Part shown: piece after piece, positions 40,201 to 54,895 of the stretch
Position numbering within the stretch: position 1 is the first letter of the stretch
How the letters are laid out: each line of letters opens with the position of its first letter
DNA from: Tubiluchus corallicola
Lineage: Eukaryota; Animalia; Priapulida
Direction of reading: 5' to 3'
Assembly: GCA_030141605.1 (NCBI GenBank)
Contig: JAQGDQ010000295.1
Location: 226,334 to 290,333 of the forward strand
Length of the DNA: 64,000 nt
Notes under the pieces: model-generated
Seen by the model: the letters and a program-made list of their open reading frames with translations, nothing else
Database searches by the model: none
What the model was told of the DNA's origin: nothing
Translations under genes and position numbers: made by a program

Positions 40201-41340
40201 TTCGAATTAAGATTGAATAATTTTCGAACCGCCAGTGTAAATTAGCCTTACAAAGATCATGCATATTACTCGATTTTGTTCTGCAGTAATAATAATAATA
40301 ATAACTAATAATATGTTTAAAAATTGTGCACAGAAATCACAGCTAAATTATGCTAATTCCGTGATGCTTCAAACGTTTTAATGATAAAGAACGTTTGTGG
40401 TTGAAGTGCTGAATTATTCGAATTAGTCTCATTTACTAGCATCGTGTTCACTTGTTTTTTTTTGACATATTTTTAAGCAAAATTAAAAAACACGACCATT
40501 CAAAAAGTATGCTTCTGTTATAGCCTAACAGTATGTCTCAGTGGGGCTAACAAATATTTGCTGTAAAGAAACCCTTCTGGAGAAATAACTTAATAGAGTT
40601 ACTTAACAGAGTTACTTTCATGGTATGTGCCTAGTAGGCAGTTGTTGTTGTTGTTGTTGTTGTTGCTGCTGCTGCTGTTGTTACCACCAACACCATTATC
40701 ATCGTAATCTTCGCCATCGGCATTGTTGTAGTAAGCAGGCACAAATTTTTCATCTCAGCCTATAACTGATTTCATTAAGCAAATAATACATCACTGTCTT
40801 ATTTTTGCCCCTGTTCACGGAGCTCTACAAGTTTTATTATAGAAATGCGTAAAGTCTCCACGACACTTGCCGATTTCAAACCCTGGGTGCTTAACATAGA
40901 CGTGTCAGTTGTTATAGAAACACCAACAATAGCTGGCAGCTTTTGTTTGACAAGCAGAAAATGATGAATGGGGAGAGGGATTTTTGTGTGGGTTGCACTT
41001 GGTATGCACATTCATAAATCCTGTAGTCATGACTGAATACATTGCATGTGCGCGTGTATGTATTCAAACTGTAGGCCCTCGACTAAGTTGAATAGAGTGA
41101 ATAATAATACCTAGTGTGAGCGCTGCTTTATTATATGTATAATCTTGCCTCATTCTTTGACGTCCGTTAAGATTAATCTCTTGTTTACTCTAATTCGGGC
41201 GCTGCAAACACCTAGAACTTGCATCAGTTAGTAGATCTTTCAACTTTTATTAATCATTTCCAAACACTTTGCAATAGCGTGCACCAGATCCTGAGATCTA
41301 ACAGACGTATTGGTGCAAATTCCCAAGTTTTTAATAAGAG

Positions 41341-41797
41341 GCAGTTGGAACAGTAACAGCAGCAGTGGCTTGCAGTTGGAACAGCAGCAGCAGCAGTAGC
41401 TTGCAGTTGGAACAGCAGCAGCAGCTTGCAGTTGGAGCAGCAACAGCAGCAGTAGCTTGAAATTGGAGCAGCAGCAGTAGCTTGAAATTGGAACAGCAAC
41501 AGCAGCAGTAGCTTGCAGTTGGAACAGCAACTGCAGCAGTAGCTTGCAATTGGAACAGCAACAGCAGCAGCAGCAGCTTGCAATTGGAACAGCAGCAGTA
41601 GCTTGCATTTGGAACAGCAACTGCAGCATTGGCTTGTAATTGGAACAGCAACAGCAGCAGTACCTTGCAATTGGAACAGCAACAGCAGCAGTAGCTTGCA
41701 TTTGGAACAGCAACAGGAGCAGTAGCTTGCAATTGGAACAGCAACAGCAGCAGAAGCTTGCAGTTGGAACAGCAACAGCAACAGTAGCTTGCATTTG
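41341..41797. repeat. CAG-rich minisatellite, 24-33 bp unit TTGGAACAGCAACAGCAGCAGTAGCTTGCA
   Basis: About 15 tandem units with length variation in multiples of 3; source of the overlapping ORFs at 41240-41910. Confidence 0.93.
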
Positions 41798-44387
41798 CTT
41801 ATATGAAGGTCCTGATGAAAGATACACAACCTATTAATGAGAGTTAACACTTTTGCAAGTATCAACGATGTCATTGATTTTGCACCAGATCTAACATTTT
41901 GAAAATCCAAAGCTTTCTCTAAGACTCTAAATATATTCTCCGTACTCTAAGACTCTGAGGCGCAGTTTCCCTTTGACTATACCATTTAACGCAAACCTCA
42001 TTACATGTAAATTTTAAATTAAAAAATATCTGTCAGCTTAAAAAGTATTATTTGGTAAGTAAATTTCTAGGTTTTATGACTTCCAAATAGATAGTTAGTT
42101 TCTTTTTACAATATACTCTGATTTAAATTTACACTAAATTTGTACAGCCTATTTTTTGTACTGCTACCTTTTTTGCAGAAAAAGAGAGAGAGTTTATACT
42201 TAAAAAACCTCTCTTAATGTGAAAGTGTATTGTACACTATGTCCACTTTATGCTTGTACAAATATAATTTGCCTAACGCTCAGCTATTTAGCTTAAACAA
42301 TTAAAACCTAATTTCTAAACGGTCTTTAACGAAAATGTCTCTTAATTACTACACTACTGTGTATAGCCGGCGCATGTAAAGAGAAAGTTTTTGTATTTTT
42401 GTCGGCGAATACCTGACTGGACAGGCTTTCATCATTTAGGCTATGTAAATCCCAGTTCACCCGAATCTGAGGTTGGGTGCAGAGAAAAGAAAGAAATGTG
42501 GGTTAGACTGTTGTTTTGAATGCGAACCCGCGCATTGTGTAATACTGTTGAACCACTATATCTGATGAATAAGACTGTTAACTTTGCCCACAATGCGTGG
42601 ACCATGCAGATCTTATAAAGGTGTTTGCCAAGAAGTCTAATAAGGGTGATTTTTTACAGACTTACACATTTAAGTCTCACTCATATGTCCTGACCTCTGG
42701 TCAGAGAATATTGTTTTTGATATTTTCTTTGGTTACTCCATCATTTATAGTTATTGCTATTTTTGTGACATTTCACATCCCTCCCTGACGATGGTAAGTT
42801 GATTAGATCTGAAACACACCGGATATTATTCACTGTTTATATCTACAATAGCATTTTACCAATGTTTGCTTTTGCCATGGCACTATTAGTACTTCTGTTC
42901 TGGGGTTCATCATTAGTACCTCTTCGTATAATAACACCTTCGTATAATAACAGCCTGTGCTGGTCAATAATTCTGCTTGTTCTGGTACATGGCAAATGAG
43001 AAGGTACGCCAATTTGATTCTTTGGAAGATCAGATGAACCAAACGGCTGACAAATGTAAAAAATCTATTATCAGAGATCTTTTTTCAAATGCCGCACATA
43101 ACTTTTTGTCATTGGTAAACAATTTATTCAACACACACGGATAAAATTTCCATCGTACTACATGATGTTGACGTTGAAAAGCACGCGGCCAACAGCTTTT
43201 ACATTATTTCACCACGTTTTCGGGCTTAAGTGGACATTTACATGTTTCTCAAACAATTACAAAACCAATTAATTTGGATTCTAATTCAATATGTATGTTT
43301 GAGATTAAATGAACCTACAATTACATGCATGAAACTTGTAAATGTCTTGGCAAAAAGAAAGAAATGTAAATAAAAAATTAGAACTGAGTCTGAGAGAGGA
43401 ATAGGTTATAAGTGCATATATGTAATGGTAAAGACAAAGTGTTTTTCTTTTGCAAAAAATATTGGATCACTATACTTCAACTCGAGATTCATCTTTTTGA
43501 CATTCCTTCATTTTAGCCGTTTAGTTCCAAAGTTTTAGATATTTCATTATTTTATACATTCTGCTATATAAAATATTAACAGTTTAGGCGTGTCATGCGG
43601 GTTATTCGGCTTTAGCTCCAGTACCCAATGAAGGATACTACATGTTGATGCTCAGTTTTTCCGAAATATCTTGTGATATAAGAATGTGAAGTATGTGAAT
43701 GTTACTGGGGCTAAAAGATGTGAGTTTTGTAATTTCCTCAATACATATTACTTTTGTAATTTCAATGACATGCAGTAAAACACGGGCCCTTACGACAGAT
43801 CCCTGTACTCCGGGAATTACAGAAACTCGTACCGAGGAAAGTGGTGCATATACACGTTTTTAACAACTTAATAAAAGCATGGTATAATAATCTACTTTTT
43901 GTGGCATATCGTTTCCCAATGCATTGTGAGGTCAGAAAAACAGAGTAAAATTTCGGCACAATTTATTGGATGATGAAATCCACGCTCAGCAACGTAGTTC
44001 CAACTTTAAAAGGACTAATTTTGCTTTTCGTTCACCAGATAGCAATAACAGGTTGGTTTGCTAGTATTAAAACTTTTCTTGGGTAAAACATTGAAACAAT
44101 TAACCGACAGGATTGAACCTGCTTCCTGCAGAACATACTAGCACCAACGGATATTTCTGAATGTTCAGTCTATTTTACTTAACCCTGCATAACTTTCTTT
44201 ATGTATTATAGCTTCATAAGTCAAGATATCGAATTATGCAACATTATTGTAGCTTTTCTGCAATTAGCCTTTCAGACTAAGAATCAATTATTGTCTAAAT
44301 AAAATCTATATACAATTGTGTAAAGAGTTATTAATACTATTTTATGTAACACTGTGATGACTATATTAATTGTTATTTGTTCTGTAT

Positions 44388-44517
44388 GCTCGAGCCACAA
44401 TATTCTTTTGTAAGGGGATTTTGTCTCTGGTAAACGTCTCTTTCAATGTTGATTAAATTCGCCTTCCTTATTTGTTTGTAATGTAATGTATGTAATGGTG
44501 GTTCAATAAACAAACAT
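44388..44517 (+). repeat. LINE 3' end, copy 2
   Basis: Direct alignment with 16501-16626. Confidence 0.7.
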
Positions 44518-46240
44518 ATATGTGTGGTTACTAAAATGAGCCGATTTAATGTATTAAAATAAAAAAGCATTCAACATTCAACCGTCTATCGGTTTTACTG
44601 ACCACAGTTGTTGAGTATTCTGATAACTACCATGTTGGTCAACGATACTCGAGCGGCTGTTTTTAAATCCTTTATTTATTGTTCATAGCTACATGATATT
44701 ATTAATGCATGGCTACCTCATCTATGGAGGAAAACAGCCAGGGTAATCCACGTATAATCCGCGGACAACTTGACCTACAGAATTCAGAGCCAAACTTCCG
44801 CTGAATTGGTAATAGTTTAAAAGTAAAAGTGAATAAAGAGCCTTGAATTTCAATTTTCACGAACGTTTTTCCTTCAAAACACAAAAAACGTATGCAATTG
44901 CTTGTCTGGGCACTTTCCTTTTACTTCATACTTCTCAGAACTTCAGCGAATCCGACGTCCCAATACCCTCCACTTCTTAAATGACATACTGTTTAGCTGC
45001 AAATATTGCTTTGAGGCAGCTAAACGATTTATTACCTATAATGACGTACTAAAAAGCAACGTTTTATTGTCACTGAATATCATTTAACAGAACACCATGA
45101 CCCGTGCTACGTTTTGGTCTTTTCTAAGCCATCGTCAGGTAAGAAATGTCTGTGAAAAAATTGCATTCTTGACAATAAGGTTTTTACTCATTTGTGCATA
45201 TTTCTTATCAAATTAAGATTCCTTTGTACAAAGACCACTTATTATCTATTACGATAATTAGAACCCCAGGAGTCGTGCTAGCTTAGCTTGTAGTAACGTA
45301 ATATATAGCTACAATCGAAATGGAAATATTAGAGTCAAGTCAAAGTTGTGCCATTATAGTTGCTATCCAACTGGCAATGTAAACTGAATTGCGTTTCAAA
45401 CTTCACCTGGTTCCCAGATACTTGCACGAGGTGCATTATGTATGCTTCTTACATGGAGATGAGTTCAGAAATAGCTTCAAGTTGGGAAATTTACTTGTTC
45501 GGCGAAGGACACGGAATTCCGGATTCCGAGGAATCCAATCCTCGGTTTCGGAGTTCGTGATTCCGAATGATTCTGCTTCAGTTAGCTTCAGTTATTTTGA
45601 TACAGTTGCATATTTTTCTGTCAACTTTTACCTTGCCGCGCACGTTTGGTCCTGAAATTAAGGTTAGTGGACATGACACGAATAAGTACGAGCGATTTTT
45701 AACTCCACCCTTGTACAGGGCGAGTCTAAACACTCAGCACCCCTACCAGAAATCCTTGATATATTCCTCAAAAGATCGAATTGACACGCTTACATTACGA
45801 AACATTGGCGACTCTGGTGCACGCGGCTCTGGGAAGACGACTTCTGCTCTTCTTGTGACTTTTAGACCTCTGCGCTTTTTACCAGAGATTGGCGGCCTTG
45901 AATTGGTTTTCTTGCGGAAGTCTGGCAACCAACCTGTGTGTATGAGTAGCTGTTGTAATTCTATTGTGGGCAGTTGATATTCGCTGCACACGCGGTGTTC
46001 GTCGGTTCCCACAGGTGAACAAATACGTGTCTATCATGTCCCAACACAGTAGTGACTTGTTCTGAACATAATATCTGTGTCTGTCTTATCCTCCTAGTCG
46101 TAAGTTTCTGTGCTAAGGTCAGGATTATACGAATTGTTTGCTTTTTTCCACAATTGCTGATTCTTGTCTCGCTGGGGCGACTCTAGAGGCTGCGCCAGAT
46201 TTTGCCTCTTTGGATGGCGATGGCTACAAAGGAATGCACA

Positions 46241-46572
<332 letters not shown>

Positions 46573-46876
46573 TTATGTCTAGTGCGTTCGGACCACTAGA
46601 GGCTTAATTATTAATTCACTTCCTTCCTCATTTTTACCTGCTCACCTGCTTATATGTGTATGTGTCCAACACTTTTAAGGCTATTAAGGTCAACCTCAGA
46701 GAACCATCTATCTCCAAAAAAGCGCAAAGAAGCTTTTTATTTATTTATGTTTCTCTGTTTAAAAATTGCAGAATTAACCTATTCATGATTTGATCCTGAG
46801 TTATTTTACATCGACACATTTAGAACTCAACACTATTGTTGTCTTTGTGTATTGTTTTAATATATTGAATTTTTTG

Positions 46877-47400
46877 CATTGTATTGTATTGTGTTGTGTT
46901 ATATTGTATTGTATTGTATTGTATTGTATTGTATTGTATTGTATTGTATTGTATTGTATTGTATTGTATTGTATTGTATTGTATTGTATTGTATTGTATT
47001 GTATTGTATTGACTGTACTGTACTGTACTGTACTGTACTGTACTGTACTGTACTGTACTGTACTGTACTGTACTGTACTGTACTGTACTGTACTGTACTG
47101 TACTGTACTGTACTGTACTGTACTGTACTGTACTGTACAGCATAGCATTGCATTGCTATTGTATTGTACTGTGTTGTGTTGTGTTGTATTGTATTGTATT
47201 GTATTGTATTGTATTGTATTGTATTGTATTGCATTGCATTGCATTGCATTGTATTGCATTGCATTGCATTGCATTGCATTGCATTACATTACATTATACT
47301 GTATTATATTGTATGTATTGCATGTATTGTGTTGTATTGTATTGTGTTGTGTTGTGTTGTGTTGTGTTGTGTTGTATTGCATTGCATTGCATTGCATTGT
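46877..47400. repeat. Compound pentamer array (TGTAT)n(TGTAC)n(TGCAT)n(TGTGT)n
   Basis: Directly visible. Confidence 0.97.
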
Positions 47401-48903
47401 GTCAAACAATAAGCGTATTATCTAATATAATAAATCTTCAGGTTGGTGAGATACTTTTTGAATTTTTTTTAAACAAGTTGTAATTTTTTAGCTAAAAAGA
47501 AAAACTATTGTTTATTTTGCTCATCGTTTTTCATCCTATTTTTCTGCATCAGTGGTAAGGCATTCCTAATGAAGCAGATACTGTTTTTCACAAAGCGACC
47601 CTGTCTTTCCTGACAAATTATGTTTTGAGATCAGAGCGGTAATGAGCCCGGGCTTGTTTACATACCATTTAGAGCTACTTTAAGCTTTTTTGGAGTTTGT
47701 GCAGCTTCCCTGTGGCTGGTGCATTCGTGCTACGTGGTAGTTCGCTTCTTAAATTCAACGAGAATGGTGGCACTAATGTGCTTGTATAATGCAAACATCG
47801 CGTAAAATGTTATATATGTCCGATACTTCCGGTATGACTTCCGCTTTTTAAACGAACTTCCCGCCAGTGTAGGGTAAGCTGTAAACCTCCGTTGTCGATA
47901 ACTCATTATGGGGCAAATAATGCGCAATCTAATTTTTTATGGAAAAAATGGATTTACTGACAAACGGTAAATGGTGTTTAATTGGGACAAATTCATAATT
48001 TAATACAGGCCTACGTTAGACTGAAAGAAACTACGAGAGTTTAGCAATGTATGGGGCAGATCCATTTAGGACGCATATTTGAAGGCCGTATTAGGATAAT
48101 GGAAAATCGGCCTCCTTACGGTTTGCGCAACAGTGCGTACTATCTTCAGGTAAAATTATAGCCTCCTATGATGAAACCTATGGCCTGTGTTAGTTTTCAA
48201 AAATAAGTATGACAACAACAGCAACAACACTGACAGGATCAAGAACTATCGCAGCTTCGTGCTAAGATCCAAAATCTAACAGAAACTATAGTCTTATAAA
48301 AACACGTGGAAGATTGAGCACTCAGTTTATCCAAATTGTCCTAAGCAGCAATTATTACTGCTATGTACATTTTTCCGGTTACCTTTTAACCAAAAGCGTC
48401 ATCGTCGTATCATCCCGTAACTTTACTGCAGCTTTTCCTTATTTATCTGTACACACTTTATGCTGATTACTGCGCACACTTGTCACCTTCCAGTTACTTG
48501 AACTTGCCTGGTACCCTAATTTGGTTGTGCTATTACTACCTGTTACGTCCTTTTCTGGTCGTTCGTTGTACAAACCCAGCATCATGTCATCCTCTTTTTT
48601 GGTATTTGTGTAGTCTAATCACCTGGCACCTTATCTTTCTTGTAATCTGTGTCTATATGGTTCCGGCCTGTATTTCCTGAACGGTCGTGGTATTCGCCTG
48701 TACGCTAGTGATGGTGTTCTTTTACCTGAGCACGACGCTCCCTATAAACCTTAAGCATCTAGTACTTTCACTATTACTCTTGCTATTGTAATTCTTGCAC
48801 TGTTCCTAAAATCCTGAATGCTTTTCATCCTCAGTACCTTCGTTTTGTTGTCTCTTAATACTTGGACAAATTTTTTCCAATTTTTCTACTTGCATGTCTG
48901 TTG

Positions 48904-48905
<2 letters not shown>

Positions 48906-48971
<66 letters not shown>

Positions 48972-49030
48972 TGCGTGCGGGTGTGGGTGTGTGGCGAACT
49001 CTTGACATGCCTGCTGTAGAATGCATATGC
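48906..49030 (+). repeat. (GT)n(GCGT)n microsatellite plus conserved flank, copy 2
   Basis: One mismatch to copy 1 over the ~50-nt flank. Confidence 0.9.
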
Positions 49031-49682
49031 TTACCTGAATCCACCCTTGCGCTGCATGATAGCTGAATCCACCCCTGCGCCCTACACGGTGCCTGGATCC
49101 ACCCCCGCGAATACCGATCGTCGCAACGCTGTCATTTTTGCCGCTTTTTTCTATAACTTGCCACTTAACTCTGAAAAATCAACAAGAGAGCCATTACGGG
49201 AATTATCTACCTGGCTAAAGAGCCTCGCTTCGTGGTGGTCCCAGACCAGTACCTCGTTTCTTCATTATTCCGGCTTTTTTGCCAAAACATCTTGACCGTT
49301 TTTATCATTATCCGCTGCAAATGTTTAAGAAAAAAATGCCGAGGTATTTTAGCCAGTTCTTTAAGCGATTTTCGGCGCGATTATTTCCTTGTTAGACTTG
49401 ACTGAACTTGGCGAATTTTATAAATAAGCGCCAGTCATGTGTGAGAGCCGAGCTGTATTTATTTCTCGCCTATAAAAATATTATCTGTGGTGGAAACCTA
49501 TCGAATTGTGTTTGTCATGGGAATCTATCAAGGTCTTCAGGGGTCAGAGTCGCATAATTTACGTGTCTAGGATAATTTTTCTTTTTCTCGTTTCTAACTA
49601 AATATCTTCGCAGTAGTCTTGCTGCTATAAATTTATCAATAAATCTAATTTAAAGAACTACACTCATCATTGACCTAAACAC

Positions 49683-50138
49683 ACATTTTGTGGCAATTAA
49701 TGTGCAATATGCTCAGAAAGTATGCTATTTTTATAGTTTTTTATGTTTCAGTCCTGCTTAGCGTCTGTTTTTTCAAGGTTACGTGATATTCTGCTGAGTG
49801 CTCAAAAGTTGACCTTTTAACCATTTGATGAAATTTCAAATTCCATCGCATTTTCCCAAACTGTTTCAGGATTATTATTTCTAGAACGTGTTAATAAACT
49901 AATTAATTATAATAAAGAAGTTATAAATCCTGCTGTTATCGTAATCAAATTCAACTGATGAGTACTTGGTTATTTAAATCTGCAGTCTTGGAATTAGGGG
50001 CAGGAATTTCTGAAGCAGAATGTCACGTGACCTTGTTAAAAATGAAATAGGAAGCCAAACGTGATAGAAAAAATATACTGACTGTAAAAATAGCATACTT
50101 TCTGAACAAATGACACATTTGTTTAACCACAAACACAT
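49683..50138. mobile_element. Old MITE / inverted repeat just upstream of the last confident DUSP11 exon
   Basis: TCAGAAAGTATGCTATTTTTA (49713-49733) is exactly inverted at TAAAAATAGCATACTTTCTGA (50085-50105), with weaker extension outward. Confidence 0.6.
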
Positions 50139-50254
50139 GTAAACACAAGATTAAAATCTTAACATATCCAGTTAAGGCTGTATGATTGTAACTAGGTTGT
50201 GCACGATTATTTGTTCGTTGATTTTTAGTTTCAAATTTTCTGTTTCCTTTTTAG

Positions 50255-50330
50255 CATTTGCGGAGGCGAGGGGTTATCCAATAGAGAGAGAAAAATATAT
50301 CGAAGATTTGCATAATTTTCAACCGCTAAG
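50255..50330 (+). CDS. DUSP11: DUSP11/PIR1-like phosphatase, exon ending the catalytic domain (AFAEARGYPIEREKYIEDLHNFQPLR)
   Basis: Strong pyrimidine tract ttttctgtttcctttttAG, AG|GTATGT donor; 76 nt, phase 1 to 2. Matches the family motif F..xRGHxxERxNYIEDL. Confidence 0.9.
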
Positions 50331-50807
50331 GTATGTACGAATATATCCGCCCGTTAATATTTATTCATAAAAATCTCGTTAAAATAACTTCTTTTGTGAA
50401 CTACCTAACGATTTTAGCAACCACAAATTACCTATAACGCGCTAGAGAATAATTTTATCAGAGGAACAGTTGTATTTCTATAATTAAGCAATGTAAGTTC
50501 CAGTGAATGACAACCTGGGAGTGGAAAGCGGGCTAGTGTGAGACTGTCTGAACTTTTGGCTTCAGGTAAAATATGGTGCATTAAGGAAGAGAGCAACTTC
50601 CAGTCGGGTGTGACTTGTTAAGCTCATATTGTGTAGTTTTGTAAAAAGAACTTGCGGGTGCCAAACAAATCTATTATAGATTATCTATATAGCAATCCGT
50701 GTTTGGAAAAAACCTAGTGTGTTTATTCTTTCAAGAAAGACAAGTGTTTGTAGATCTACTTTATTTATATTTTTGACTACGTATTCTAAAATTGTGTTTT
50801 ATAACAG

Positions 50808-50853
50808 GTCTAGTTCTTATCCAAAAGCACGCAACAGCAAAATATCATTATAA
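50808..50853 (+). CDS. Possible short terminal coding exon of the DUSP11-like gene (SSSYPKARNSKISL*)
   Basis: tgtgttttataaCAG acceptor 477 nt after the last confident donor, open in the required phase 2 until TAA. No homology support. Confidence 0.2.
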
Positions 50854-53800
50854 CAACAGAAAATTCAAAATAAGCAAGCAGTTGTTTACTTCGTTTATCT
50901 CACAAATTACGGGTATCTATTAGGTAATGCGTTAGTGAGCAAGTTATTGTTGTTATGCTTTGAATTCTTTGTTGTTTTAACTGTACTCTGCATATGTGTA
51001 CTTGAGCAGTGACTTTAACAAATGGGACTCTGTGTCATTTAATTGAGTGCCACCAAATCTCCGTAAAAGTTATGAGTCAAATCTGAGTCATGCAACAGTC
51101 GTGCAATTGAAGTAGGATCTTATTTCTCTCGTCTGTAGAAAACTAACCACAGGCACACTCCCAACTCTCGTACATATCAAAGTCAACCTAGACAGGGCAC
51201 TCCCTTTCATAATGAAGTCGATTGTTCGCTATCTATCTCTGTTGTTCATGATGTCTGTTGTTTGTGTTCCTATCATCACTGACTCACACGTCAACAAAAG
51301 ATTAGAGAATGACAGATGCCTCAAGCGGCACTCAAGCCGAACGAAAGAGTTAAATTAACCGGCTCCTCGCACTTTATCTAAACATTGACCGATGGTCAGT
51401 GCGTTGGACATTATTCAGGAGATTTGGATGGACATTCTCTAGGAAGCCTATGATAATAATGAGGTAATGGTCAGTGGGCAGTCCAGATTGATAAGTAGTC
51501 ATTAATACTAGTTAGAAATAAGTTACTGACAAAACTGCTTTCTCTTTTACATATTACATATGTTTACATATTAACATTTTCATGACCTTTCTTGGTGTAC
51601 TACAAGGAGCAACTTTTCGACCATTCTTATTCATGGTTTACCGCCTTCTAAACTTAAAGCTTCAAATTCATAGCTACATTATATACAATGAAAACGTTTA
51701 CTGAGCGTTTTGGATAAAATAGTGAGATTCTAATTGAAATAAAGTAGACAGCGTGTGAAGTATATCTTGTTGGTTTTATTGCTATCTATTTGATCTTGAC
51801 AAGAGAAATATTAATTTCTGAAATGCACGCCTTGTATACGGTTCATGCATTGACACTAAAACACTATTTTTGCACAACATCTGCAATAAGAAACATATTT
51901 ACCATCAGGTAACTGTCAATACCTCGTATAAATTAGTATTAAAATAAACAATAATTAAAAATGTATTATTCCTAGTTTCCTATTAAATTGTCGTTGGCAG
52001 CAGAGTGGGTTTGTCAAATATAGGCCTATATGGAGTGACCGTTGTTTTTGACCTTTAATAACAGAAAAAGGTGTGCTGCTTGCCTTTCAACAATGCAGAA
52101 AAAGCGATGACTACTTTACATTTCTATAACCTGCAATCACAAATATTTACGTAAAAATATAGTAAGCAATTCCAGCAGTTTCGTATTATCAGTGTCGTTA
52201 TTGTGAAATGATATACTTTTTAGGTTAAATTTGAAATGATTTTTTTAAATGCTATTTTTATCTAAAGTAATAAAGCAAGATCATCGGTTAATGTCATTAA
52301 CAGAGTTTGTCTGTGTGGTTTAATTTATTTACTAATTTTTAACTTATGATGGACATCCCAATAGACACAGTATAGTTACTGTTGTTTGGCTGAGACAGCT
52401 GACCAAAGATATACCGCCCCTGTTTCTTATATGAAAGTCGCTATCAATCTGGTACATATGAATGGCATTTTTTGTGACGTGGTAGACCCACATAGAAGGA
52501 ATTCAGTACCTTTTAGTCCACAAAATATACAGCAAATTTAAATTTGACATTATTTCGCAAGCAATGTTACTGTGTCTGAATTATGAAAGCAAGTAGATTG
52601 GCAAAAGGGGCACGGAAATGTCCAAAATGAAGAAATGAAAAGCGCAAATTTCCAATTTAATTGTACGAAATGTCTTCCAGGTGAAAGAAGAGGAACAAAA
52701 AAAAGCACAAAGATTACTAAAATTCTATTTTTTTATTTGATAATGATGTGGTACAGTAATCTTTTGTCATACTTTTTTTACCTTTTTCATTATTGCTTTG
52801 TTATTTATATCAAGTAATAAATTCACATTTTCATCATTCAAGTAATTATTAACATTTACCATTTTCATGTTGTTGTACTGTATTGATTTAAAATTTTAAA
52901 CATTAGCATTCAACAATCTGCATTACTTCAGTAACCGCCGTGCAAGGCTTTCTGAAAAATTTAACGCTCTGTTTAAAAAAAGTAGACGCGGACGACGTTT
53001 GTCAGCCTAGCATTTTTAACTCTTCCTACACGGGTCTTATTTACTGTATCTGTATTTCGATGAACTTGTAAAGTCAACATACCATGTAGCCCAATGAGGA
53101 ACGGAACAACATTTGGCTTTGTATGCTTGATTCGGGGTTAGATACACAAACATCTTTCTGTACTGTCGCGTTGCATGCTGCAACAATAGGCGTGCTAATC
53201 CGGGTATAATCAAATATAATATTTGTCAGATTTTAACAAGACGTATAGGGGAAATTATACGTAATCTCTGGCATTAGACGCCCATATATGTGTGCTCGCT
53301 TGTCTGAGTTGTCGTGTTTGACTCTAAATTACTATTGAATTTAAAAGTAAAATCATCTTGTTAGCGCGTTTCTTTTCTAAATCCTTGCAGGGGATTAGAG
53401 AAAATGGCGCTGAGCGAAAAACAAATATGTCAAAATTTGAAATGGTTTGTGTGCTCAACATTAGCTGCTGTAGATACAGTATGATGTGCTGGGTACAGTG
53501 TAGAAGTCATTCGGTTTTTCGGAGAACTAGCTGAATTCGAAATTAACTAGAAAAATTGATACCAACACAGGTTTTTAATTAAAATTAACATTGGTATAAC
53601 AAAAAGCATGGTTATTTCTTGATTGCTAGTTCTGACAGCATGCTAAAAGTTTTTTTTTAATTCACCTTATTCCGCCTGAATCACTCAAGTGGTTTTCTCG
53701 AAACATTACGAACTCTTGTTGTCTCTACAAATTTCGTTATACTTATATAAACTTGAGTCTGAAGAAAATATTAACCTATTAAAGTTTCGTGTGAACCTAT

Positions 53801-53857
53801 CACAGCCATTTTGAGCTAATTGTAAAACGGTTTTTGTAAAAAGTAAATTTGCGAGCT

Positions 53858-54022
<165 letters not shown>

Positions 54023-54609
54023 ATCTGTGAGGAGAAAGAGAATGGGAGAGCACATATATAGCCACGTGATTAGTGTAGAAGCTTTGTGACTTATTTTGAC
54101 CCAGATTACTCCCCGGCTATGGCAACAAATGAACTACGTAACGTTTGCTTTTCTTGATGCGCTCCTAAGGTCGCTCTTTAATACCCTGGATATCAGTGGC
54201 GTGGAAGCGCTCTCATTTGAAATCTTGAATATTGACATTGCACATCATTCTTTATTCAATTCGAGTGTTGATGGATCACTGCGTTATCAGTTGAATTCTT
54301 AGCTGTTTCCAAGAAAGATTAAAAAAATGACGGGGTCTGCGAGAGTTGAAAAATTCTGAATTGAATTGAATTTGATTAATTTTTTCTATGCGATCAAAGT
54401 ACACATTAAGTCAGTAGACATGTACAGGCATTTGCAAAAATAATGGTATTTACTGACAGACGATGGGCAACAATAACAGTTAAAATGCGCCGAACTTTAG
54501 ACTACAAGTATTAGAAACAATTGTTCTACAAAGTTGAAATTTTACTGCATGATGTTACAATTTATAGAGCCGTTTGAATCGGGGGAACTAAAGACAAAAA
54601 TTATTGTGA

Positions 54610-54895
54610 CCAAAAACTGTGTCAGCTGTTGGAAGAAATGCCTTCGTCTAGTTTGCATTGAAAATGGTGGACAATAGTAGCCTTTTTTTAACAATCGTGA
54701 CACAAAATATTTTCCGGCATTTATTTTTTGACTTATTGATTTAAAACTTCTGTATCTTTGGACAAAATCCAAGTGAATGAGTTAAAATTTCTACTGTTTA
54801 TACATAAACGTCTGTAACATCAGTGTGGTAATTTTCAAGCGATACCGTTATTTCCTTCTTATTTCACCGTCACCAAAATTTTTGCGCCACCTGAT
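54610..54895 (-). mobile_element. Truncated inverted copy of the 12506-13215 element
   Basis: Ends TTGCGCCACCTGATA; reverse complement shares CCACCATTTTCA.TGCAAACTAGACGAAGGCATTTCTTCCAA..GCTGACACAGTTT with 12716-12772. Confidence 0.75.

Noticed and set aside
41341-41797. CRISPR-like regularly spaced ~30-bp repeats
   Set aside because: No unique spacers, no cas genes, eukaryotic context; it is a tandem minisatellite.
45360-46012. Overlapping 66-136 aa ORFs
   Set aside because: No recognisable domain or consistent splice structure.
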